A stretch of DNA of 64,000 nucleotides from Candidatus Buchananbacteria bacterium (GCA_013359225.1 JABWCG010000001.1:497627-561626); one strand, 5' to 3'; counted from the first letter of the stretch, positions 1 to 10,332 are shown. Notes: generated by a model from the letters alone, not told the origin. Numbers and translations are program-made.

Positions 1-2011
1 GCAACACCACCAAATCATTGTCTTCACTGCCTAAAATTGACACATCATACTCATCTCCCTCAATATATTCCTCAATCAAAGCGGGGCTGCCGACATCAAC
101 AATGATTTTTTTTAACTGTTCGCGCAACGCTTCTTTGGTTGTCACGACTGAATCGTTGCTGATACCGATTGAGTTGTCGGTATTCGCCGGCTTGACAATT
201 AAGGGGTAGCGTAAATTTTCATCAATATCGTCATCAATAGTATACGCATAATCCCAGCGCGGGGTTGGAATTTTATGGTATGCTAAAAGCTTTTTAACTC
301 TAATCTTATCAATACACAAACTTAATGTTGAGGGATTTGATCCGGTATATGGAATTTGCAGGATATCGAATAATGAAGCGGCATGAGGTTCAAGCAGACT
401 TGAATTATTAATTCGTTCGCAGACATTAAAAACTAAATCAACATCGCTGGCGCTGAGTTCTTTAAATGCCTTTTCAATATCATTAAAATTGAAAAAAGTT
501 GTTTTGTAGCCGCGCTGCACCAACGCATCTTGGATATTTCGGCCAACAGTCGCCAATTCGTTTTCAACCGCGCCGTCCGACTCATCATAAATGTTGCAGG
601 CAATGCCAATGTGAAGCTTGCGCTTATCTTCAGGAGTAATGCGGCGGAATTTTTCGATTTTTGCAGCATGAATCAAAAGACTTGAGGTCAACGAGGCTTG
701 AGAAAAACTGTTTTTACGCAATGTTTTTCCGATTGAAGACTCTGAAGCAAATCGCGCAACTTCAAACTGCACGCAGCGCAGTGCTTTTTTCAGATTGTCT
801 TGAGCATCCGGCATGCTGTATCCGGAAACGGTAACCCAGCCCAAATATTCGTACCCTTCCGGCGGCACCAAAACTGCGTCTGCTACTTTTTTAAAGAAAT
901 GAACTTCCTCTAAAAATTTGTACTGTTTCAACTCGGCTTTTACTTCCAGCTTTGACAAAATGCCTGAATAATCGGACAAAAAATATGAACCGGCCATATA
1001 CTTCTTTGGCATTTCCGGCCGTTCAATTTTCGGGATATACATCCCCAAGGCAATCTTGACGGCATTCTCAATCAGATCCACCCCCCAGGCACCCTTTACA
1101 AATGAATACACCTCGTCGCCACCCATGCGTAAATTGACTTCAATCGGCACTGGTCCGGTTGGCGTTGATTTCGCCTCAAAATGAATAACGCCGTTTTGAA
1201 CACCAATTTTTTCCAGCACTTCTTCCGCCAGCGAAACCAAATCAGCTTTGATCTTTTCTGATAACCCCGAAGGAATTGACTGGCCAGTCTCAATAAAAAA
1301 CGGCTCTTTAGTTTGGTAGTTGTCAGAAATTGAATGAAATTTAATTTTGCCGTTTTGTAGCACAATATCAATATCTACCTCATCTCCGGCGATATATTCT
1401 TCAGCTAAAATATCAAAACCGTCAGACAATGCCGACTCCACGTGAGTAGACATATTCTTACGAATGTAATCATAGGTGTGAAGCATTTCTTCTTTGTTTT
1501 CAACTTTGACGACATACGCACTGCTCGCACCAAATACCGGCTTAATCACCAATGGGAAACGCAAATCTTCAGGTAAATTATGAATATCGGCGGCCGATTT
1601 GATCAAAATATGTTTTGGCGCCGGCAAACCGGTTTCGCGGCAAAATTCTCGGAACAGGAATTTATTTCGCACCTTGCGCGCCACGGCGTAAGGAATGCCT
1701 ATAAAATTAAACCTGTCGGCAATCCGGGAAGCCAACAAGACATCATCTTCCCAAAAAGTTACAACCCCATCAATTTTTACTTCAGGATGGTCGGCAATGA
1801 AAGCCTTCAAGGCGCCGGCGACTTCGGCATAACTATTTTTTTCGGTTAAAATCCAATGATCAACATACGGCTGAGCCCAGTTTTTTTCTTTATTCAAACA
1901 GACAATTTTTAAACCAAGTTTTTTTAATTTCTGCAAAATAAATCGCTTTTTGATTGAACCGGTGTTCACCAGTAAAATCGTCTTATCTTGAAGCGTGGAA
2001 ATATTTTTCAT
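1..2011 (-). CDS. Tandem ATP-grasp ligase: N-terminal L-amino-acid-ligase/carnosine-synthase-like domain fused to a D-Ala-D-Ala-ligase-like domain; 3' end lies outside the window
   Basis: Absent from the ORF track because there is no stop in the window. Manual translation from ATG 2011 stays open to base 2 (670 codons): MKNISTLQDKTILLVNTG...DGVVTFWED...RNKFLFR...FPLVIKPVFGASS...EEYIAGDEVD...IEVNLRMGG, then DLVFNVCE...IPYTGS...DKIRVK...YPLIVKPANTDNSIGIS...LIEEYIEGDEYDVSILG. Confidence 0.85.
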   Translation of the reverse strand, partial: MKNISTLQDKTILLVNTGSIKKRFILQKLKKLGLKIVCLNKEKNWAQPYVDHWILTEKNSYAEVAGALKAFIADHPEVKIDGVVTFWEDDVLLASRIADRFNFIGIPYAVARKVRNKFLFREFCRETGLPAPKHILIKSAADIHNLPEDLRFPLVIKPVFGASSAYVVKVENKEEMLHTYDYIRKNMSTHVESALSDGFDILAEEYIAGDEVDIDIVLQNGKIKFHSISDNYQTKEPFFIETGQSIPSGLSEKIKADLVSLAEEVLEKIGVQNGVIHFEAKSTPTGPVPIEVNLRMGGDEVYSFVKGAWGVDLIENAVKIALGMYIPKIERPEMPKKYMAGSYFLSDYSGILSKLEVKAELKQYKFLEEVHFFKKVADAVLVPPEGYEYLGWVTVSGYSMPDAQDNLKKALRCVQFEVARFASESSIGKTLRKNSFSQASLTSSLLIHAAKIEKFRRITPEDKRKLHIGIACNIYDESDGAVENELATVGRNIQDALVQRGYKTTFFNFNDIEKAFKELSASDVDLVFNVCERINNSSLLEPHAASLFDILQIPYTGSNPSTLSLCIDKIRVKKLLAYHKIPTPRWDYAYTIDDDIDENLRYPLIVKPANTDNSIGISNDSVVTTKEALREQLKKIIVDVGSPALIEEYIEGDEYDVSILGSEDNDLVVL

Positions 2012-2015
2012 ACGA

Positions 2016-3401
2016 TTAAAGCTTTTTTATCTCCTCCTGATAAATATGAATCAATTTTTCTTTAATAAATTCAGGAATAGTGGCCGTCTCATGAATAGTC
2101 AAAAATTTTTCACGCAACTCTGGCTCCCGTTTTTCTGCTTCAACCAAATATTCCTCTTTAAATAAATCAATTAGTGCTCCCCGCGCCCCCCGGCGATATG
2201 CAAACAAAAACGACAGTAACTGTTCATCACGAACTGCTGTCGGTTTTTCATACACCCGTTTAACATTTTTATTAAATAAGGGGTACAAGTCTTTATATTC
2301 TTGCTTAAAGAAATCACGATTGAAACCAATCTGCTCTGCCCGACCGCCGACGGCGACAAGATACAAAAATGCTTTGGCACACATTGGACAGCCATAGCAC
2401 CATTTGTCAGGGTCAGTTTCTTTAGGCGAACACGACATCATGTACTTTAACAGTTTTGGATAACGATTCACCAAAAGTGCCATTTCAACGATGTTATAAA
2501 TTGGTTCAACCAGACTTGCAATCTGAATCTTGCCGGATGTCAAACAATCAAAAAGACGATTTTCTTCTTTAGCGTATAAAATACTCTGATCAAATGACGG
2601 ATAAATCTTATATGAACCGTCCGGATAGTAATCACTAAAATTAGCCTCATTGCCAAATAATAAATATTTGGCGCGATAGTAACAGGCAAACGGCGCCAAC
2701 TCCAGTGCAAATGCCAGCATACCGTTGGTGTTCTCCAAATCTTCAACTTTTCGCGCGAACTTTAGATCAAAAAATATCTCATCAATATTGTCAGTCAGAA
2801 AATCAATTGAAACATTTTCCTCCGCGGTGAAATCAGCTATGATGGCATTCTTGAATTTTTCTTCTGCGCTGTTTAACTCCTCCATTTCTTTAACGTATAC
2901 TAATCGGAAGCTGAGTCCTAATTCCTGAGCCAGACCATACGACAACAAGCTGTCTTTACCAAACGACAAAGCTAAAATCGCTTTGTCGTTTTCAGTAGTA
3001 ACCGCAATTGTCCCGTTGGTTAAATCAGTTTGTTTAAAAATTTCTTTTTCTTCGTTATCCCGATACATGTCTAGTAGCTCAGCAATGCTAACATTACTTA
3101 AATAAGCTAAGCGCGGAATGTCTCCCACAATACCGTAGCTGACCAATTCTTTATTTATCGGTCTAGACAATCGATAAGGCAAAACTTCGTCAGTCTGCAA
3201 TGAAAGCGATTTGGTCCGGCAATAAATAAAATTCTCTGCCAAAACCCGTTTAGCCTTTTGGTCCAAAGTCCGATAGATGGCCAGAGGATATTTAACCGTA
3301 TACCCTCTGCCCAAAATTTCAACACGAAAACCATCTTCATCAATATGATAAGAGATGTCTGTTCCCTCAACTTCAAAACGTTGACCCTGATCAGTTGTCA
3401 T
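2016..3401 (-). CDS. PP-loop (N-type ATP pyrophosphatase) enzyme, MurL peptidoglycan-precursor epimerase-like
   Basis: PP-loop LSFGKDS, FGNE, and C-terminal SC...WCYGCPMCAKAFL Cys cluster. The motif order resembles MurL/QueC-type enzymes. Confidence 0.6.
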   Translation of the reverse strand: MTTDQGQRFEVEGTDISYHIDEDGFRVEILGRGYTVKYPLAIYRTLDQKAKRVLAENFIYCRTKSLSLQTDEVLPYRLSRPINKELVSYGIVGDIPRLAYLSNVSIAELLDMYRDNEEKEIFKQTDLTNGTIAVTTENDKAILALSFGKDSLLSYGLAQELGLSFRLVYVKEMEELNSAEEKFKNAIIADFTAEENVSIDFLTDNIDEIFFDLKFARKVEDLENTNGMLAFALELAPFACYYRAKYLLFGNEANFSDYYPDGSYKIYPSFDQSILYAKEENRLFDCLTSGKIQIASLVEPIYNIVEMALLVNRYPKLLKYMMSCSPKETDPDKWCYGCPMCAKAFLYLVAVGGRAEQIGFNRDFFKQEYKDLYPLFNKNVKRVYEKPTAVRDEQLLSFLFAYRRGARGALIDLFKEEYLVEAEKREPELREKFLTIHETATIPEFIKEKLIHIYQEEIKKL

Positions 3402-3534
3402 GAAAACCTGTACAATCGTTGAAATAAAAAGCTTTTAGTCCTTAAATTATAAGAGTTATTAAAAAATAAAACAATAGCTTTTGGCCCAAAAATGGCCTGA
3501 CTACCAAATTTAAATATAATAAAAGAGCCATCTG

Positions 3535-3606
3535 CTCTGGGGGTGGGATTCGAACCCACAACCAATGGATTAACAGTCCACTGCTCTACCATTGAGCTAC
3601 CCCAGA
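3535..3606 (-). tRNA. tRNA-Asn(GTT), no encoded CCA
   Basis: Acceptor stem TCTGGGG/CCCCAGA, D-arm GCTCAATGGTAGAGC, anticodon loop CTGTTAA, T-arm GTGGG-TTCGAAT-CCCAC. Confidence 0.97.
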
Positions 3607-3631
3607 GCACATGGCTCTTTCTTTAAAATAA

Positions 3632-4864
3632 CTAGTAGTCTTTTAATTTATCAATCAAATGATGCTTTTCAATTTTTTCCAGAGCCTTAGCCTCAATCTG
3701 TCTAATGCGCTCACGAGTAACATCAAACTCCTGACCGACTTCTTCTAATGTATGAGACACTCCGTCTTTCAAGCCAAACCGCATTTCCAAGATTTTCTGC
3801 TCACGCGGCGTCAGGTTCTGGATTACCTCGTTAACATAATCGCGAAGCAGCTGTAATGCCGCCGCCCGATCCGGGGTAACGGTTCGAACATCTTCAATAA
3901 AGTCTTCCAAGGTACTATCCTCATCGTCTTCACCAACCGAAGTCTCAATGGAAATGGTGTCTTGACTTATTTTAATAATATGAAGAACTTTGTCAAGCGT
4001 TTCACCCATTTCAGCGGCAATTTCTTCCGGCAAGGGCTCGCGGCCTAAATCCTGAATCAGCTGGCGTTCAGCCTGCTTAAACTTATTAATTGTTTCAACC
4101 ATATGCACCGGAATGCGGATTGTCCGCGACTGGTCGGCCAAGGCCCGGGTGATTGCCTGTCTGATCCACCATGTGGCATAAGTTGAAAATTTATAGCCGC
4201 GACGGTAGTCAAATTTCTCAACCGCCCGAAACAAACCAATATTGCCCTCTTGGATTAAATCCAATAAGGATAAACTCTTACCGGTAAACCGTTTGGCAAT
4301 TGAAACAACCAACCGCAAGTTGGCTTCAATCAATCGGCGTTTAGCTTCCTTATCGCCACGTTCGGCTTTTTTGGCCAAAGTGATTTCTTCTTCCGGCTTC
4401 AATAGCGGCACTTTTCCGATTTCACGCAAATACATTTGGATTGAATCAGCAGAAATATCGGAAATATCAATCCGCTTTTTCTGCTTGTTATTCAAGCCCA
4501 CCTTAGTTAAAATCTCATTTCGCTTTTCATCACTATCAAGCAGCCCAGTTTCTGATTCAATAATTGTGACGCCCAACTGATCAACTTTATACAAAAAGAA
4601 TTCATACTCGTCCAAATATTCTTCAACTTCCGGAAAAGCATACAATAATTCCGTTTCCGTAATAAACGTTCTGGTTCGACCCTTATTAAGCAGCTTTTCA
4701 ATAAGCTGCTCGTTTGGCCGCGACTTACTTTTACGCACACCCTTAAGGTCAACTTTCTTTTTTGAAACCTTTTCGGCCTTCTTGCCTTTTTTAGCCACCG
4801 GTTTTGCTTTGGCTGCTTTTTTGGCAGCTGGTTTTTTTATTGTCGACTTCTTTTTAGGTGACAT
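3632..4864 (-). CDS. rpoD: RNA polymerase primary sigma factor with Lys/Ala-rich N-terminal extension
   Basis: [55 protein letters not shown]; lies downstream of dnaG. Confidence 0.97.
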   Translation of the reverse strand: MSPKKKSTIKKPAAKKAAKAKPVAKKGKKAEKVSKKKVDLKGVRKSKSRPNEQLIEKLLNKGRTRTFITETELLYAFPEVEEYLDEYEFFLYKVDQLGVTIIESETGLLDSDEKRNEILTKVGLNNKQKKRIDISDISADSIQMYLREIGKVPLLKPEEEITLAKKAERGDKEAKRRLIEANLRLVVSIAKRFTGKSLSLLDLIQEGNIGLFRAVEKFDYRRGYKFSTYATWWIRQAITRALADQSRTIRIPVHMVETINKFKQAERQLIQDLGREPLPEEIAAEMGETLDKVLHIIKISQDTISIETSVGEDDEDSTLEDFIEDVRTVTPDRAAALQLLRDYVNEVIQNLTPREQKILEMRFGLKDGVSHTLEEVGQEFDVTRERIRQIEAKALEKIEKHHLIDKLKDY

Positions 4865-4887
4865 GAAATAAAAAATTATTTTAAAAT

Positions 4888-6675
4888 TTAGCCCAATATA
4901 TTAAGTTTGGTGAGCACCTGGGTATATTCCGCCATCAAGGCTTTAACTTTCTCATCCTGTTTATCGTCTTCCGCCTGCTTAATCTGGGTGCTGATGCGCC
5001 TCAAGCTTTCTGAGTAATACGCTTTTTTGGCAAAATTAATTGATGTCATAAGTTCCCGACTAATGGCATCAGAATCAAAATCAAAAAAATCCTTCTCAAT
5101 TAAGAGAACGAGTTTATCTGCTAGTTGGTCCAGTTTACTCTCTTTAAGCACTGCCTGAAAACTGGAATAATCAAATGCTTTAACATCTCCTTGAATGTTT
5201 TCAGTATAATAAATTATCAATCGTTTGTAAAGGTCTTGTAGAGTTGCTTCTTCAATAATGTCAGGACTCAGGTTATTCACCAAATATTCAAGGTTGTCAG
5301 GATACTTTAAGGCGATACCGATAATTTGTTCAACCAGCATCAATGATCGACTCCGAACCCTGGCTTTAGCTTCTTGAATGGTTCGAGTTTGCGGTTTTGG
5401 TTCACCAGGTGTCAAAGAATCGCGCAAAATGTTTTCAGCAACATTAAGCCGGCCGGCCAATTTTTGCAGCCAATGGGTTTGCTCAATTTTATTGCCAATT
5501 TTTGCAATAACCGGCAATAAAATTTTGGCTGCTTGTTTTTTATCCTCAACTTTTTCCAAACTTAAATTCGCAAAAGTCTGACTAAAATAATAATCCATGA
5601 TTGATCTGGCTTCAGTCACGGCCTTAAACCAGTCTTGCGGATTGTTTTTAATACACGCATCCGGATCTTTGCCGCTGGGTAGAATAATCACCCTAACACT
5701 CATCTCTTCTGCCAAAGCCAAGTCAATACCTCTTTTAGCGGCGACCTGGCCGGCGGCATCGGCATCAAAAGCCATTGCCAAATTTTTAGTATAGCGTTTT
5801 AAAATTCTGATCTGATCAAGCGTCAGCGCTGTCCCGGAGCTAGCAATCACGTTTTTGGTTCCGGCCTGATACGCCGACAGGGCGTCCATTTGTCCCTCAA
5901 CAATAATAGCCGAGTCTTTGCTTTTAATTTCATTTTTGGCTTTGTCCAGGTTAAACAAGGCTAAACTTTTGTTATACACTATTGTTTGGGGAGTATTGAT
6001 ATATTTTCCGCCCTTTTCATCCGCCTTAAGCGTCCGACCGGAAAAACCAATAGTACTGCCATGCAAATCGTTAATCGGAAACATCAGACGGTCGCGAAAT
6101 CGATCATAAAATCCTTGTCCCCGCTCCTTTTTTACCGACAGCCCGGCCAAAAAAATATCTTGATCCGTAAACTTTTTTGATTTTAAAAATTGTATTACCG
6201 CGTCCCAGGAATCAACAGCATACCCGATTTGAAACTCGCTAACCATCTGTTCGCTCACCCCGCGGCGTTTAAGGTATTCGCGAGCCTTAACAGCTTGGGC
6301 CGATTCCAAAAGCGTTTGGTGCCAAAATCGGCTGGCTGATTGCAAAATATCCAACAGTCTATTTTTCTGGCTTTCCAGTTTCGGATCTTGTGCCACCAAC
6401 GTCACACCCGCCTTCTGGGCAAGAATTCGCAGGGCTTCAATAAATTCAATGTTTTCCATCTTTTGAACAAAACTCAAAATATCGCCACCCTCATTACAAC
6501 CAAAACAATGCCAAATCTGCTTATCTTTAGACACCATAAAAGACGGACTCTTTTCATTATGAAAAGGGCACAAAGCCCTCCAATTATTCGGCCCGGCTGG
6601 TTTGAGCCTGATATATTCAGAAATCAGCTCAACGATGTCAATTCTGGCCTTTATTTCTTCAATTTGTCCTGGCAT
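4888..6675 (-). CDS. dnaG: DNA primase
   Basis: CHC2 zinc finger [11 protein letters not shown]...[34 protein letters not shown] and FDADAAG, GKDPD. Confidence 0.97.
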   Translation of the reverse strand: MPGQIEEIKARIDIVELISEYIRLKPAGPNNWRALCPFHNEKSPSFMVSKDKQIWHCFGCNEGGDILSFVQKMENIEFIEALRILAQKAGVTLVAQDPKLESQKNRLLDILQSASRFWHQTLLESAQAVKAREYLKRRGVSEQMVSEFQIGYAVDSWDAVIQFLKSKKFTDQDIFLAGLSVKKERGQGFYDRFRDRLMFPINDLHGSTIGFSGRTLKADEKGGKYINTPQTIVYNKSLALFNLDKAKNEIKSKDSAIIVEGQMDALSAYQAGTKNVIASSGTALTLDQIRILKRYTKNLAMAFDADAAGQVAAKRGIDLALAEEMSVRVIILPSGKDPDACIKNNPQDWFKAVTEARSIMDYYFSQTFANLSLEKVEDKKQAAKILLPVIAKIGNKIEQTHWLQKLAGRLNVAENILRDSLTPGEPKPQTRTIQEAKARVRSRSLMLVEQIIGIALKYPDNLEYLVNNLSPDIIEEATLQDLYKRLIIYYTENIQGDVKAFDYSSFQAVLKESKLDQLADKLVLLIEKDFFDFDSDAISRELMTSINFAKKAYYSESLRRISTQIKQAEDDKQDEKVKALMAEYTQVLTKLNILG

Positions 6676-6686
6676 AGAGCATACTC

Positions 6687-6715
6687 ATTTTACTGAATTG
6701 ACCTAATTTAAGCAA
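6687..6715 (-). promoter_or_regulatory. Putative sigma70 promoter of dnaG-rpoD
   Basis: TTGCTT-N17-TAAAAT on the minus strand, ending 12 nt before the dnaG ATG. Confidence 0.5.
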
Positions 6716-6719
6716 GAAA

Positions 6720-6748
6720 TTGACTAATCAAGACTTTTTTGCTTTAAT
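6720..6748 (+). promoter_or_regulatory. Putative sigma70 promoter of tRNA-Ser(TGA)
   Basis: TTGACT-N17-TTTAAT with an extended -10 TGn. Confidence 0.55.
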
Positions 6749-6770
6749 ACATTAGTATCTCCTGCAGAAC

Positions 6771-6858
6771 GGAAGGGTGACAGAGTGGTCGAATGTGACG
6801 GTCTTGAAAACCGTTGAGGCGCAAAACGTCTCCGTGGGTTCGAATCCCACCCCTTCCG
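6771..6858 (+). tRNA. tRNA-Ser(TGA), no encoded CCA
   Basis: Acceptor stem GGAAGGG/CCCTTCC, anticodon arm ACGGT-CTTGAAA-ACCGT, long variable arm, GTGGG-TTCGAAT-CCCAC. Confidence 0.97.
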
Positions 6859-6879
6859 TCCTGCAGAAGATCTCCAAAC

Positions 6880-6910
6880 ACCCGACTGATATCATTCTGT
6901 CGGGTTTTTT
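6880..6910 (+). terminator. Intrinsic terminator after tRNA-Ser(TGA)
   Basis: ACCCGAC...GTCGGGT hairpin followed by a T run. Confidence 0.65.
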
Positions 6911-6944
6911 GATAAAATTAAATCAGTATTACTCTTACGACTCT

Positions 6945-9482
6945 ATGGAAAAAAACACCTCGCCCTTTGAATACGCCACCATCAATATTAAGGAATTGCT
7001 TAGTGTCCTTAATACCAGTCAAACCAAAGGTCTTGACAGCAAAGAAGCTAAAAAAAGGTCTTCTCAGGCGGGCCCCAACCAGTTGGAAAATCATCAAACA
7101 AAATGGTGGCATATTTTAGGCAGACAGTTTAAATCTCCTTTTATCTACTTACTAATCGCCGCCGGGCTGGTGGCGTTCTCACTGGGCGGGCAGCTTGATG
7201 CCGCGTTTATTTTTATTTTTATTTTTATTAATACTGTACTTGGTTTCTACCAAGAATTTCGGTCCGATCGATCACTGAAACTACTTAAGAATTATTTAGT
7301 AGCTCACACCACTGTTATTCGTTCAGGCCACCACGAAAATATTGATGTTCGGCAACTCGTCGTCGGCGATGTCGTTGATCTAAAATCAGGTGACATTGTT
7401 CCGGCCGACTGTCGAGTTTTAAAAACGGAAGGCTTAAGTGTCAATGAATCAATCCTGACCGGTGAATCAATAACCGTCAACAAAATTCCGGAAGTCTTAG
7501 ACCAAAAACCGACTGAAATTTATCAAGCAAGAAATATCATTTTTGCCGGTACTACAATTGCGTCCGGATCAGTGAAAGCCGTAGTCGTCGGTATTGGCCG
7601 TGCGACCACAATTGGCTCCATTGCCAAACTAACGGCCGAAACCGCCAAGGAAAGTGAATTTTCTAAGGGCATCGGCAAACTAAGCTCATTTATCCTGCGC
7701 TTAGTATCTTTGACGATTGTAATCGTTTTTTTGGCAAACATTATCGTCAAAGGTGACCAAGTCAACGTTGGCCAGCTTTTGGTTTTCTCCATCGCCTTAG
7801 CCGTATCCGTCATCCCTGAAGCACTGCCGGTTGTCTCCACTTTTTCGCTATCGCGCGGCGCATTATTACTGGCAAAAAAGAAGGTAGTTGTGAAACGACT
7901 GTCAGCGATTGAAGACTTGGGCGGCATTGATGTGCTGTGTACCGACAAAACCGGTACCATCACCGAAAACCGCCTAACCATCGTTGATCAACTAAAGGCT
8001 CAAAATCATAACCATCTTGTGGCCTATGGCGCGCTGAGTGCTCCTGAGCTAAAAACTAAAAAATCAGCCGACCCATTTGATACCGCCTTCAGTTTGGCGT
8101 TAACTGCTGAGGATAAAAAATTTATCAGATCCTGCAAACTAGTTGAAGAAATCCCATTTGATCCGATTAGAAGGCGAAACAGCGTCTTGGTAAAACATGA
8201 AAACAAAAATCTTTTGATCGTCCGCGGCGCTCCGGAGGAATTAATCAAACTCAGCATCAAAAAAAAATCTGGCGCATACCACGCTTGGATTAAAGATCAA
8301 GGCAAGCTCGGTCGCCGCGTTTTAGCTTTGGCCACCAAAGAGCTTGGCGAAAATCAAACCGTTGATCTCTTTGCTCAAGAACACGATCTTGATCTGGCTG
8401 GCTTTATCGCCTTTGAAGATCCAATCAAATCTACCACCAAACAGGCGGTAACCAAGGCCCGTGATTTGGGAGTTCAGGTTAAAATTATTACCGGCGACGC
8501 ACCGGAAGTAGCCGGCGCCGTAGCCGTTCATATTGGGCTAATTGACGACCCGACAAAAGTTATTACCGGCGACCAGTTTAATGATTTAGATCCGGAACAA
8601 CAAAAACACGCCGCCGAAACATACGCAGTCTTTGCCCGAATTTCACCGGAACAAAAACACCAGATTGTTTCATTATTGGATCAGACCCGTAGCGTCGGCT
8701 TTTTGGGCGAAGGAGTCAACGACGCTCCCGCACTCAAAGCCGCAACCGTTTCCCTGGTTGTTCAAAGCGGCTCGGATATTTCACGCGAAGCCGCCGACGT
8801 CATCCTGCTACAAAAAAGTCTGGCGGTGATTATTGATGGCATTCAGGAAGGCCGACAAGTCTTTGCCAACACTCTTAAATACATTCGGGCGACGCTTTCC
8901 TCAAACTTTGGTAATTTTTATGCGGTTGCTATCAGCTCGCTTTTTATTGATTTTCTACCGATGCTTCCTGTCCAAATCCTACTGTTAAATCTATTGTCTG
9001 ATTTCCCAATGATCAGTATTGCCGCTGACACTACCGGCCCTGAGGATGTTGCCCGACCCCAGCGCTACAACATTAAAGAGTTGGCGATGACTTCAAGCCT
9101 ACACGGCATTATTAGCACCGTCTTTGATTTTATTTTCTTTGCCCTATACTTTCGCATTTCCGCCGACGTACTGCAAACCAACTGGTTTGTCGCCAGCATT
9201 ATCACCGAACTCGTATTCTTATTTTCAATTCGGACCAAAAAATTTGCATTAACGGCCCCGCGTCCCGCACCGTTGATTATTTGGCTTTCAAGCCTGGCGT
9301 TTATGGCGACGTTGATTATACCGTTTACCGCCATCGGACACGATGTCTTCCACTTTGTTTCACCGTCGATTAATCACCTGGCCACGATCCTTATTTTAAC
9401 CGCCGTCTACTTTATGGTTAACGAAATCGTTAAACTGTTTTACCAGCGAATCTTCAACAACCAGCTTGAAAAAACCGCCTAA
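6945..9482 (+). CDS. mgtA: P-type ATPase, Mg2+-translocating (MgtA-like)
   Basis: TGES, PEALP, DKTGT phosphorylation site, TGD, and SSNFGN typical of Mg2+ pumps. Start moved to ATG 6945 because the track start overlaps the tRNA. Confidence 0.8.
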   Translation: MEKNTSPFEYATINIKELLSVLNTSQTKGLDSKEAKKRSSQAGPNQLENHQTKWWHILGRQFKSPFIYLLIAAGLVAFSLGGQLDAAFIFIFIFINTVLGFYQEFRSDRSLKLLKNYLVAHTTVIRSGHHENIDVRQLVVGDVVDLKSGDIVPADCRVLKTEGLSVNESILTGESITVNKIPEVLDQKPTEIYQARNIIFAGTTIASGSVKAVVVGIGRATTIGSIAKLTAETAKESEFSKGIGKLSSFILRLVSLTIVIVFLANIIVKGDQVNVGQLLVFSIALAVSVIPEALPVVSTFSLSRGALLLAKKKVVVKRLSAIEDLGGIDVLCTDKTGTITENRLTIVDQLKAQNHNHLVAYGALSAPELKTKKSADPFDTAFSLALTAEDKKFIRSCKLVEEIPFDPIRRRNSVLVKHENKNLLIVRGAPEELIKLSIKKKSGAYHAWIKDQGKLGRRVLALATKELGENQTVDLFAQEHDLDLAGFIAFEDPIKSTTKQAVTKARDLGVQVKIITGDAPEVAGAVAVHIGLIDDPTKVITGDQFNDLDPEQQKHAAETYAVFARISPEQKHQIVSLLDQTRSVGFLGEGVNDAPALKAATVSLVVQSGSDISREAADVILLQKSLAVIIDGIQEGRQVFANTLKYIRATLSSNFGNFYAVAISSLFIDFLPMLPVQILLLNLLSDFPMISIAADTTGPEDVARPQRYNIKELAMTSSLHGIISTVFDFIFFALYFRISADVLQTNWFVASIITELVFLFSIRTKKFALTAPRPAPLIIWLSSLAFMATLIIPFTAIGHDVFHFVSPSINHLATILILTAVYFMVNEIVKLFYQRIFNNQLEKTA

Positions 9483-9536
9483 ATTATTTATAATAATGAA
9501 GTCTTAATCACCTAAAGAGTATTTAACTATAAATAT

Positions 9537-10331
9537 ATGAAACTAAAGACAATCAAGGAAATGTTTGATTTCAAAGGACAAACGGTTGTCGTAACCGGTG
9601 GCGCCAAAGGAATCGGCTATGGTATTGTCGAACGTTTCGTTGAAGCCGGCGCGAATGTAGTCATCAGCGATATTGACGACCAAACTGGTGAAACCAAAGC
9701 AAAATCATTAGGAAAAAAAGTTGCCTACATCCATACCGACGTCAGCCAAGAATCTGACGTTCAAAATTTAATTAAAACAACCGTTGAACGGTTTGGCAGT
9801 CTTGATGTCTTTGTTAATAACGCCGGGATCTTTCCGACGATGCCGGCTCTGGACATGGATGTTGAACTGTGGGAAAAAATTCAAGCCGTTAATCTGCGCG
9901 GTGTGTTTCTTTGCAGTAAAGAAGCTGCTAAAATTATGGTCGCCAAATCAGGCGGCGTCATCGTTAATATTGCTTCTATTGACGCACTCCACCCAAGCCA
10001 GCCGGGACTTTCTGCCTACGACGCTTCAAAACACGGCGTTTGGGGTTTCACCAAAAATTTTGCCCTGGAGGTGGCGCCAAAAAATATCCGGGTTAACGCC
10101 ATTGCTCCGGGAGGGATTGTCACCGAAGGCGTTGAAGCAATGACCCAAGGAGCAATCAAGGTATCTGACGCTCAAAGTGATACGATCAAACAGTTTGCCG
10201 CCAGAATTCCGATGGGCCGCATGGGTATACCAGACGACATCGCTAGTGTCACCTTATTTTTAGCCTCTGACGCCGCACGTTATATGACCGGCAGCATTGT
10301 CGTAGTTGACGGCGGTTATTTATTGACCTAA
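9537..10331 (+). CDS. Short-chain dehydrogenase/reductase (SDR)
   Basis: TGGAKGIG, NNAG, YDASK (YxxxK), IRVNAIAPG. Confidence 0.92.
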   Translation: MKLKTIKEMFDFKGQTVVVTGGAKGIGYGIVERFVEAGANVVISDIDDQTGETKAKSLGKKVAYIHTDVSQESDVQNLIKTTVERFGSLDVFVNNAGIFPTMPALDMDVELWEKIQAVNLRGVFLCSKEAAKIMVAKSGGVIVNIASIDALHPSQPGLSAYDASKHGVWGFTKNFALEVAPKNIRVNAIAPGGIVTEGVEAMTQGAIKVSDAQSDTIKQFAARIPMGRMGIPDDIASVTLFLASDAARYMTGSIVVVDGGYLLT

Positions 10332-10332
10332 T

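Noticed and set aside
3398-3610. 70-aa ORF in the track
   Set aside because: It overlaps tRNA-Asn on the same strand; it is a shadow ORF.
6777-6944. N-terminal extension of the P-type ATPase (and likewise 10927-11031 of the SRPBCC ORF)
   Set aside because: These extensions run through tRNA genes (and a terminator in the first case); downstream ATGs are more plausible.
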